Below are positions 56,683 to 64,000 of a stretch of 64,000 bases of DNA, piece after piece (position 1 is the first letter of the stretch; each line of letters starts with the position of its first letter). A program made the translations under genes and the position numbers. This DNA comes from a virus, in the IMG/VR virus record IMGVR_UViG_3300037454_000906, positions 64,001 through 128,000 of that record. The stretch is one strand, 5' to 3'. The notes beneath the pieces were generated by a model. It had not been told where the DNA came from and ran no database searches. It saw only the letters and a list, made by a program, of their open reading frames with translations.

Positions 56683-57252
56683 TCACGTGCTCTCCCGGAC
56701 CGGGTTCCGCTTGACTACGCGGAAGAGGTTCCCCATGTCCTTGTTGAAACGGGCGACCTCTTCGGGATGGAACGTGAAGTTGCGAAGGTTCTTGAAACGC
56801 TGGGTGGGGTCGGACTTACCGGAGTCCCAGAAGATGTACTTGCCGTAGTTGTCGATTGAAAGTTCCGAAATCATGCGTTCTCGGTCGAAATTCTCGCCAC
56901 CCCTGCATCCAATGAGGATGGTAAGCCAGTCACCGACATACGTTTCGCCCTTGCGCTTGATAAGTTTCGTGACCCCGTACAGCAAGGTGTAAATATAGAG
57001 AGGGTCCTTGTTTATCTTCCTGTAATCTCTCGGTTCGACTAAGTGGATATACTGGAGTTTGTGTTTCGTTTTCTTTTTCGTCTTGATGTCGATTACGGTA
57101 TATGTCGCCGCGATATTCTGAAGGATGACACTACGGTATATCGAGTTGTCGAGATTGGTATGGATGTTATCACCCTTCCGGAGTGACGGCTTTTTAGGCA
57201 TTGTCTTGCATTTCATGGTCAATTTCCCGTAATTAGTCGTCATGGAAAACAT
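56683..57252 (-). CDS. hypothetical basic protein
   Basis: ORF track. Confidence 0.65.
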   Translation of the reverse strand: MFSMTTNYGKLTMKCKTMPKKPSLRKGDNIHTNLDNSIYRSVILQNIAATYTVIDIKTKKKTKHKLQYIHLVEPRDYRKINKDPLYIYTLLYGVTKLIKRKGETYVGDWLTILIGCRGGENFDRERMISELSIDNYGKYIFWDSGKSDPTQRFKNLRNFTFHPEEVARFNKDMGNLFRVVKRNPVREST

Positions 57253-57406
57253 TGAATGGATCCAGGATATCGGATAGCAGGTTTTCTGTATCCTCGGCCA
57301 CTTTACGCGCGCCTTTCATTCCCGCCTTGACCGGGGTAGCCGCCATGTCCACAGCCGTTTCCACGGTGTCGGTCACGATGTTAACGAAGCTCGATAATAG
57401 TCCCAT
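57233..57406 (-). CDS. small amphipathic protein
   Basis: Hand translation MGLLSSFVNIVTDTVETAVDMAATPVKAG...; AAGGAG RBS. Confidence 0.5.
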   Translation of the reverse strand: MGLLSSFVNIVTDTVETAVDMAATPVKAGMKGARKVAEDTENLLSDILDPFNVFHDD

Positions 57407-57470
57407 GGTTCACTCCTTTATTGTGTTTACAGAATATGTACACTTCCTATGGAAATATAACAAAACATGT

Positions 57471-58049
57471 TCACTTTGACAACATCGGAATATCATGGAC
57501 GCGATGCCATGAGACGTATTCCTTGCATGCCACCCTCTCGCGGAGTTCCTTCTTCAATTGCGTAGCAATACGTTTGATGGAGAAATGGTTGACGTAGTAG
57601 CCAAGAATCGTGCGATTATCGTCGTTTTTTGACTTGAAATGTTCCTTGCCATAACACCAAGAATTGGCCTCACGGTTATACATGATGGTGCATCGGGCGA
57701 ACTCGTACATTGTCGAGCACGGTTGCAGTATGCCCCCCGATTTGCGCAGGATGAACATCACGTTATCGCCACCAAATTCCCGACGTATCTCCAGATAGAT
57801 TCCGTTCCACAGGGTTACAGGGGCTATGAACGCGTTACCCGTGACACCATCACGCCGCGGATGCTTCAATACCTCTTCGATCAGGCACTTATACGTTGAG
57901 AAAACATGGGACATCAATTGCATGAACTTGGTGTCAATGATATCCTTGCGCTTCTCTGCAGCCACGATGCTATCGCGGTCGTTAATGAATGATCGCAAAC
58001 TTTGTTCAATCAATTCATTGACTTCTTGTGGATCATCAATCTTTTTCAT
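57471..58049 (-). CDS. hypothetical protein
   Basis: Start MKKIDD, leaderless. Confidence 0.7.
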   Translation of the reverse strand: MKKIDDPQEVNELIEQSLRSFINDRDSIVAAEKRKDIIDTKFMQLMSHVFSTYKCLIEEVLKHPRRDGVTGNAFIAPVTLWNGIYLEIRREFGGDNVMFILRKSGGILQPCSTMYEFARCTIMYNREANSWCYGKEHFKSKNDDNRTILGYYVNHFSIKRIATQLKKELRERVACKEYVSWHRVHDIPMLSK

Positions 58050-58142
58050 GTTCAAAATGTAGCAAAAGATGCGACAAGTGGCAACCGGTTGCCGAAATGT
58101 GCCGTTATTGCTACATTTTGGAAAAACAGGAGAAAAAACGAC

Positions 58143-58796
58143 ATGCTCGCATCAATCAACACCAATCTCAGCGTCTACATCGAACCCAACGAGCGCACCT
58201 GGGAAATAATCCGCGAAAACAAGAAGAAGTATTACAGTCCCGAGGAACTCGACGCACACATCGCCGACATGAAGGAACACCTGGTAGCCGTGAACGTCCG
58301 GGGAGAGACAAAGAAGCTACTGAAGATGCAGATTTGGGGTTTCATGTCGGACTTCGGGGAGCACATGTACATGGACATGCCCGGCCCCTGTTTCGAACAC
58401 AACCAGGTATTCTTCGAGACCGCCGAGCTCTGTCCCATCTACGATGTGTCACCCAAGGTACCGGAACCGGTTACCTATTCAGTCACCAAGGGAAGCGACG
58501 TTGTCATCGAGACCGATTTCAAGGATGGTGAAACGGTTCGGGTTAACTTCGAGAACCTGGAAGAGGAAGGTCTCGACCTGCAACAGGAATTGAATAGACT
58601 GGAAGAAGGACCCCATCACGTGTTCGCCTACTGGGGAATCCCCGGCGAACCGTTGTCGCCATGGAGTGATCAGATCGTAGACGGTGAGCAGGACTACATC
58701 ATACACGAAGGAAAGAACAAGATTATCATTCACAACCAGTATGACGGGGTACTCAAATGCAAGCTCAGTTTCGCGCCATACAGAAAGAAGGACTAA
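58143..58796 (+). CDS. hypothetical protein
   Basis: Start MLASIN with AGGAG RBS; divergent promoter. Confidence 0.7.
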   Translation: MLASINTNLSVYIEPNERTWEIIRENKKKYYSPEELDAHIADMKEHLVAVNVRGETKKLLKMQIWGFMSDFGEHMYMDMPGPCFEHNQVFFETAELCPIYDVSPKVPEPVTYSVTKGSDVVIETDFKDGETVRVNFENLEEEGLDLQQELNRLEEGPHHVFAYWGIPGEPLSPWSDQIVDGEQDYIIHEGKNKIIIHNQYDGVLKCKLSFAPYRKKD

Positions 58797-58797
58797 C

Positions 58798-59556
58798 CTA
58801 GTCCTTCCAGAAACAGTATAAACAGCCGTGCGGACACCTGCGCGGCTTTACGTTTAATATCTGTTTCTTCGCTAGGCATTTACAGTCCCCACGCTGCTTT
58901 TTGTCTGGAGCCCCATATTCTTCCCGGACATTAAAGTCAATTCCGAGAAGCGCCAAGTCCTTGTCACTCGCACACCCGCAGCTCACAAAATTATACGGGA
59001 ACAGTTTCGGCTCGGCACAGCATTCGAACTGGAACGTATGGTAATATGGACAGAAAATCGAATCGATGCGCCGGAATACAGCATCCGGTGCAGTGAAAGT
59101 ATCGTAGAAGACCTTGTAGCCTACCGCCGCAAGTCGTTCTTTTACATGGGGATACAGGTCCACCACGGACACTCGGCACCTAATATATCTCTGATACTCC
59201 TCGACCACGGGCTTCCACAGTTCCAGTACCTTGATGATGTTGTCCTGTGTTTCCTTGGACCACAGGATAATCGGATCAAGCCGGAGGACATAGTGGGTCA
59301 GCGGGAAACCTCGGGACAGGAGCTTCCTAAACTGTGCAAATTCGTGTTCCGGTGTCTGGACATTGGGTTCGAGGATAGTACCGCCCTGACCGGTGACCGT
59401 GTGGTGAAAGATTACCCTGTCCTGCACGAGGAGCAGCTTCTCTATCATCTCGTCGGTCAGTTCCTTGGAGATGACTATGTTCGCTTCCAGGAGCTTGGTT
59501 TCCCAGTCCGGCACAAAGCACGGGTCGTATGTTTCGGTGATACCAATTCGTTTCAT
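58798..59556 (-). CDS. DUF1848-family (SPL-related) protein
   Basis: LRLDPII, CCAE, GC..D, RGDCKC...CPHGCLYCFW. Confidence 0.75.
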   Translation of the reverse strand: MKRIGITETYDPCFVPDWETKLLEANIVISKELTDEMIEKLLLVQDRVIFHHTVTGQGGTILEPNVQTPEHEFAQFRKLLSRGFPLTHYVLRLDPIILWSKETQDNIIKVLELWKPVVEEYQRYIRCRVSVVDLYPHVKERLAAVGYKVFYDTFTAPDAVFRRIDSIFCPYYHTFQFECCAEPKLFPYNFVSCGCASDKDLALLGIDFNVREEYGAPDKKQRGDCKCLAKKQILNVKPRRCPHGCLYCFWKD

Positions 59557-59572
59557 AAAAATCCCTTATTTT

Positions 59573-59770
59573 TCACGGTTTTCCGGTAGCCCAGATGATG
59601 GAATCCAGTTCAGCCTGCCGCATCTTCGCCAAGGTCGCGTGGTTGTACCGGCAACCCGCCTCGCCCTTCCGGTTCTCGGTTATCTCGTCCTCGCCCCACC
59701 CGAAGATAGCGCATAGCTGGACATTGTCCGAGTAGTCGAAAGTCGTGAAAGGACAGAACTTACACCGCAT
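59573..59770 (-). CDS. small Cys-rich protein
   Basis: MRCKFCPF...C...GC. Confidence 0.55.
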   Translation of the reverse strand: MRCKFCPFTTFDYSDNVQLCAIFGWGEDEITENRKGEAGCRYNHATLAKMRQAELDSIIWATGKP

Positions 59771-59936
59771 GTTTCTTCCTGTATTCTGCGACCACTTCCT
59801 TGACGTGTGTAATCCACTCGTCAAAGGTGGGTAGACCCGGGCCGCTCACGTAATCCAGATCCGGATGGGAGATGAAGGGGCTGTATCCGAGCGCCATTGC
59901 GTATTCCTGCATGAGAGTAGGTGTCCATTTATTCAT
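59760..59936 (-). CDS. small hypothetical protein
   Basis: Hand translation MNKWTPTLMQEYAMALG...; GGAG RBS. Confidence 0.45.
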   Translation of the reverse strand: MNKWTPTLMQEYAMALGYSPFISHPDLDYVSGPGLPTFDEWITHVKEVVAEYRKKHAV

Positions 59937-60008
59937 TTCAATGTCTCCAATCTACATTTCTTCAAAGTATTCCCGTTTCATTAGACCGTCCCTAAACATG
60001 AACCCATG

Positions 60009-60422
60009 TCACATGTCACTCATGTCAGTGAACCAGTATACCGGTTGTTCCGTGTCCTCTTTCCGTTCCATTTTTTCGTCCAACATCTTTTGAACATACG
60101 CATCCAGCATATTGATGCAATCTCGGATACCACGAATTTCCGTACAATATACTCCGCCATCCGGGTCAACATCACAGTGAAACTTGCCCGGATTGCACTG
60201 ATACAGTTTACGCAGGTAGCCGCTTATTTCTTTCGCCTTGGATTGTAGATAAATCAGACTCTTCTCGGTTTCATCCAGATCAAATAGTTTCGCGAACATT
60301 TCGGACTCATCCCGGGACATCGCATCAACATTTGATAAGGTCATGTCATCCAGGTTTTTGGAACAACTGGCAAGCCATTCCTCAAAATGGGTGGTTCTCG
60401 CGTCAATTTGTTTAATATCCAT
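60009..60422 (-). CDS. hypothetical protein
   Basis: Start MDIKQ, leaderless. Confidence 0.65.
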   Translation of the reverse strand: MDIKQIDARTTHFEEWLASCSKNLDDMTLSNVDAMSRDESEMFAKLFDLDETEKSLIYLQSKAKEISGYLRKLYQCNPGKFHCDVDPDGGVYCTEIRGIRDCINMLDAYVQKMLDEKMERKEDTEQPVYWFTDMSDM

Positions 60423-60457
60423 ATTCCAAATATAGTAAAATTTGCTATATTTTGTAC

Positions 60458-60895
60458 ATGAAACCTTTAAAAACAGAAGACACCATATCCGCGGACAAGC
60501 TGAGGGAAGCAATCGACCTCCTTTGCCCAGAAAAGAAACAGGAACTTATCGACGCATCGTACGACATACGAGGCAGCAGTTTGCTAACCGATACCGAACG
60601 TGATGCAGAGGAATACACCCTGTGCGTGATGGCCCTGTTCGAACGAATCATCAAGGCCGTCCCCATGGATGCCGACAACATGTGCCAGTATATCAGGAAC
60701 ATGGAACCCAAGAAGGAAGAGGACGAGAATAACCTACCACCACCCTGGCAGGCCAACGAAACGGTCGATCCGTTGCTCATGGCGCAAATCCAGCTCGAAA
60801 CCGCTTATAGATTCGAGAATCCGAAGGAACAGGCGGAAGCCGTCAAGAACCTGGTAGTTGCCGTACAGGAGAAGAGAAATGCTGAAGCTCACTAA
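60458..60895 (+). CDS. hypothetical protein
   Basis: Start MKPLK, leaderless. Confidence 0.65.
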   Translation: MKPLKTEDTISADKLREAIDLLCPEKKQELIDASYDIRGSSLLTDTERDAEEYTLCVMALFERIIKAVPMDADNMCQYIRNMEPKKEEDENNLPPPWQANETVDPLLMAQIQLETAYRFENPKEQAEAVKNLVVAVQEKRNAEAH

Positions 60896-61286
60896 GCTAA
60901 TCGACGTATACGAAAAACATGAAAATGGTTATTACATCATGACCTGGGCGTATGGCCTGCTTGCGCTAAGTGGGCCAATAATTTGCTACATATATGACGG
61001 GATTGGTATACTGTTCGTGCTCGCGGCGTGCAATTTTATCAACCTATTCCAGATGCTGGTCCGGATAGACCCGGACAATTTCGATTTCGACCGGCGTGAG
61101 GCTCGGATATTCAGGTACCGGGTGTTCAGAGTTGCATTGGTGTTCACTCCGGTACTATTCCCGTACTGGATATGCCTGGGGCTCGCCATCCCCCTCGACA
61201 TGCTGCTGACCGGGACCGGACGCGCCTACCTGTACATACGCGACAAGATTGTGAATCCGGACGAGGAAGCTGCCTTGAAGAAATAA
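60879..61286 (+). CDS. membrane protein
   Basis: 3 TM. Confidence 0.65.
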   Translation: MLKLTKLIDVYEKHENGYYIMTWAYGLLALSGPIICYIYDGIGILFVLAACNFINLFQMLVRIDPDNFDFDRREARIFRYRVFRVALVFTPVLFPYWICLGLAIPLDMLLTGTGRAYLYIRDKIVNPDEEAALKK

Positions 61287-61396
61287 TGTACTCGCTTGCC
61301 GCACTCCCCATCTATGGCTTTACGTTGCCGCCCATTTATTTATTTGCTACATTTCCAGCACGAAGATGACAGAACAGGGACGGGACAACAATCCAT

Positions 61397-61678
61397 ATGG
61401 AGGACTTTATGGTTAAAGCGATCAGATTCATGTACAGCGTCGTAGTTCTCACCACCGCCTTCCTCGTACTCATGACAATCGGGTGCATGCTGGTCGGCAT
61501 ACTAAAACACTTCGGCGTGGACGATGCAATCACGTACACCTGGTATGGTGGCATACTGGGGTTTGGGGGTGGTGAAATTCCCACGCTGCATGACCGGTTC
61601 CGGAAGCAGATCGATGCCCCGCTGAACTGGATACTTGGCAAAATCAGGAAGGAGTTGGCTGCCGAGATTAAGCAGTGA
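61397..61678 (+). CDS. membrane protein
   Basis: TM stretches. Confidence 0.6.
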   Translation: MEDFMVKAIRFMYSVVVLTTAFLVLMTIGCMLVGILKHFGVDDAITYTWYGGILGFGGGEIPTLHDRFRKQIDAPLNWILGKIRKELAAEIKQ

Positions 61679-61905
61679 CGCTCGATGGTTGCCACCCAGC
61701 AATCAATTTGCTATATATTAAACGTGAAGGCACGCCGGCCAGGAAGGCAAACCCGCCGCACCGCCATGCTCAGTGCACAGAGAGGCACCAGGTTCGCGAA
61801 CTGGAAAAGTGTGTGTTGCTGCCGGAGTGGCCAATAGGCTCAGTCTTCACAACTCGCCCCGGAGAGGGCAACGCCTCCTACTTGGATTAAATTCCATAGG
61901 AGGTG

Positions 61906-61981
61906 GCCGCATTAGCTCAGTTGGTAGAGCACCCGCCTACATTTGGTGTGGAGGTCACCGGATCGTCCTCGGTATGCGGCA
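61906..61981 (+). tRNA. degenerate tRNA-like RNA (possible CAT anticodon)
   Basis: Acceptor GCCGCAT/ATGCGGC-A; canonical D arm TAGCTCAGTTGGTAGAGCA; bulged anticodon stem with loop TACATTT; non-canonical T loop GATCGTCCT. Confidence 0.6.
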
Positions 61982-62003
61982 TTAATTTTAATCCAGGAAA
62001 CCC

Positions 62004-62186
62004 ATGACCGACTTCGAACTCAAATTAAAGCTGCTGGAAAATCAGGAGAAAATGATCACAATCCTGGAAGATATCCGATGGATTTGCGCCTATACAGGGC
62101 GGGAGAGCCTTCCCGAGTTGCAACTGAAAATCCTGGGAATCCCTCTAGGCAAAGTGAACAACATTAAAATTCCGAAGAGAAAATAA
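62004..62186 (+). CDS. small hypothetical protein
   Basis: ORF track. Confidence 0.55.
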   Translation: MTDFELKLKLLENQEKMITILEDIRWICAYTGRESLPELQLKILGIPLGKVNNIKIPKRK

Positions 62187-62194
62187 GCATAGCC

Positions 62195-62932
62195 ATGTCA
62201 TTAAAGACCATCAGCATCACACCGAACCAAGGTTTCCTATCAGACACCACCAAGGCGCTGTTCGCTAAGTTCGTCGAAGCGAACAAAGCCGACGATAGCC
62301 ACTATTACCAGACGAACGCCAAGGCGACCAAGATATGCAACGCGATAGGTAGCCTGGAATCCCTCAAGTCCGCTGTCAGAAGTTATGCCACCAGAGATGA
62401 TGCAACCCGCGCCGCTATATACGAAAATGTTAAGTCGAACGCCCGGGAACTCTTGGCCGCATGTGACGAGGATGACACGGTGTCCCATGAGGAGCTCCCG
62501 AAAAAATACGATGTGCTGAAGGGCATCGGGGAGCAGATTGCGGAACAGTTGCATAAAGACCTAGCAGGCAAATATCTATGTGTCAAACCCAACCTCAACC
62601 ATACTGTCACCATAATTGAAGTGTACAGCATCCGCAGCACATTAGAATTAGTGGACTACACGGAATATGATCTCGGGTTGAAGATTTACGGGGCTGGAGT
62701 GCGGCGCACCGATGAAGTCAACGAGTGGTCGAACGAGGCGAACAGCCTGTCATTCGGCACGTTCAACGTCAATCTGGAATTGTGCAATTTCGTTGCCCCG
62801 AGAAAAGGTTTCGCCATGGGAGTCGTTACGGCGAAACAGTTTGCCGAATACATTGCCAAGGCCACTAAGGAAATGAGCGATGCAGTTGGACTCAAAAAGG
62901 AATTATCTAATGCTACCGGACAAGAAATATGA
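62195..62932 (+). CDS. hypothetical protein
   Basis: ORF track. Confidence 0.7.
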   Translation: MSLKTISITPNQGFLSDTTKALFAKFVEANKADDSHYYQTNAKATKICNAIGSLESLKSAVRSYATRDDATRAAIYENVKSNARELLAACDEDDTVSHEELPKKYDVLKGIGEQIAEQLHKDLAGKYLCVKPNLNHTVTIIEVYSIRSTLELVDYTEYDLGLKIYGAGVRRTDEVNEWSNEANSLSFGTFNVNLELCNFVAPRKGFAMGVVTAKQFAEYIAKATKEMSDAVGLKKELSNATGQEI

Positions 62933-63116
62933 TCTATGCATCATGCGCTTGGGAAAATCCAGGCTGATTGTGCTCAATAACCGTCTGGTACATGGGGAAT
63001 TCCCGAATTCGGCAACAGTCGAATATGAAGGCAAGATTCCCCTGAAACGACTAGCCGATGCATTGCCAGTGGAAGACCTGGAGGCAATGCTCGCATACCG
63101 GAAAAGCGATAAGTAG
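62910..63116 (+). CDS. small hypothetical protein
   Basis: Start MLPDKK. Confidence 0.55.
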   Translation: MLPDKKYDLCIMRLGKSRLIVLNNRLVHGEFPNSATVEYEGKIPLKRLADALPVEDLEAMLAYRKSDK

Positions 63117-63189
63117 GGTGGTTGCCGAAAGGCAACCATTTTGCTATATATTGGATATGATTGGAGAGACAATCTAGGAGAATCCCGTC

Positions 63190-63489
63190 ATGCGCACCGC
63201 CAAAGAATTGACAAAAATATACGAGGCCATCCGCGAGTTAGTAAAGTCCCGCCGGTGCACCGTGGTGACTGCGACACAGCCGCCTAGCCACGGCATCGGT
63301 TTTCTCAGTCCCGAGGAAATGGCCGAAGTGAGCAACAAGCCGTTATTTTGTGACTACATTAACGTATTCACGCCTGATTCACATGAACCATCCGGTGCAT
63401 CAATGAACGCCCAGCCGATGCCCATTCCGCTCATCAGCATCGACATGCAGCATGACTTTAGACCGGCACTCGCCGGAACGGAGGAATAG
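63190..63489 (+). CDS. hypothetical protein
   Basis: ORF track, AGGAGA RBS. Confidence 0.55.
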   Translation: MRTAKELTKIYEAIRELVKSRRCTVVTATQPPSHGIGFLSPEEMAEVSNKPLFCDYINVFTPDSHEPSGASMNAQPMPIPLISIDMQHDFRPALAGTEE

Positions 63490-63493
63490 TTAC

Positions 63494-63781
63494 ATGGCAA
63501 CGACAAAACACAAATATATTGACCCGCCGGTGATTACCCCGGATGTATTGGCGCAATTAGCCAAAATCCATGACATCATAACGGAAAAGGAAGCCGAAAT
63601 AGAGACATTAATGACCCAGGCCGACAACTTGGTAAAGAAATGCACCATCGAAGAATGCCGTGCGATGGGATGCAGGCACGCCAAAGGCTGCCGGTACCAA
63701 TGTGTGTTGCGTGGAAGTTGCTGTCGGTCCAAGTGGGCGCACGGCGGATGTAAGGACATGTTCCGGCGGGAGTCCAAATAA
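63494..63781 (+). CDS. Cys-rich hypothetical protein
   Basis: Start MATTKH. Confidence 0.6.
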   Translation: MATTKHKYIDPPVITPDVLAQLAKIHDIITEKEAEIETLMTQADNLVKKCTIEECRAMGCRHAKGCRYQCVLRGSCCRSKWAHGGCKDMFRRESK

Positions 63782-63837
63782 CGATCTAATATACGGGAAG
63801 CCGCAATCATGGAACGACACTCAGATAAAGGCAAGAC

Positions 63838-64000
63838 ATGAAATTGACAGAACTTTCAAAGGAAATCTCCTATGCACTGCGGCATGCGCCGTGGGAATAC
63901 GAACTGGAATTGGACGAAGCCGGTTTCGTCCCCGTGGACCAGCTCCTGCATGCAATCAACGAATCCGGGAACTATGATCAGACGGTAACCCGGGCCGACC
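63838..64000 (+). CDS. kptA: RNA 2'-phosphotransferase (Tpt1/KptA), partial
   Basis: Hand translation MKLTELSKEISYALRHAPWEYELELDEAGFVPVDQLL. Confidence 0.85.
   Translation, partial: MKLTELSKEISYALRHAPWEYELELDEAGFVPVDQLLHAINESGNYDQTVTRAD

Overview
This 64 kb window looks like part of a large lytic (jumbo-type) bacteriophage genome. It is dense in short ORFans and NAD/RNA-repair and metabolic accessory genes, and has a T4-gp17-like paralogue but no capsid or replication core. An FCB-group host such as Fibrobacter is a guess only. There are three blocks. (1) About 0.3-18.3 kb is a minus-strand array of roughly 40 short genes. About 31 copies of a GC-rich, covarying 55-75 nt hairpin sit in it, 28 fused to a GGCAYGTTCAAC-AAAAGGAG ribosome-binding tail directly before a start codon and many preceded by an intrinsic terminator. 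No sigma70 promoter is visible in these spacers. (2) 18.5-28.5 kb holds RNA-guided systems: an IS607-like TnpB element, a CRISPR array (8 x 36 nt repeats), and an 894-aa RuvC effector resembling Cas-lambda/Cas12L. A 286-bp non-autonomous IS607-like omegaRNA element sits in the CRISPR leader, with a second copy at 7.1 kb. (3) 28.5-64 kb is an accessory region driven by TTGCCA-N17-TAYATT promoters, many apparently leaderless. It carries NADAR x2, DUF488, LemA, a degenerate terminase ATPase, coaD/coaE, a frameshifted QueC-like gene, a TRD-less Dam, a second TnpB, a second 35-bp intergenic repeat family, a tRNA-like locus and KptA. All family calls come from motif recognition by eye; no database searches were run.
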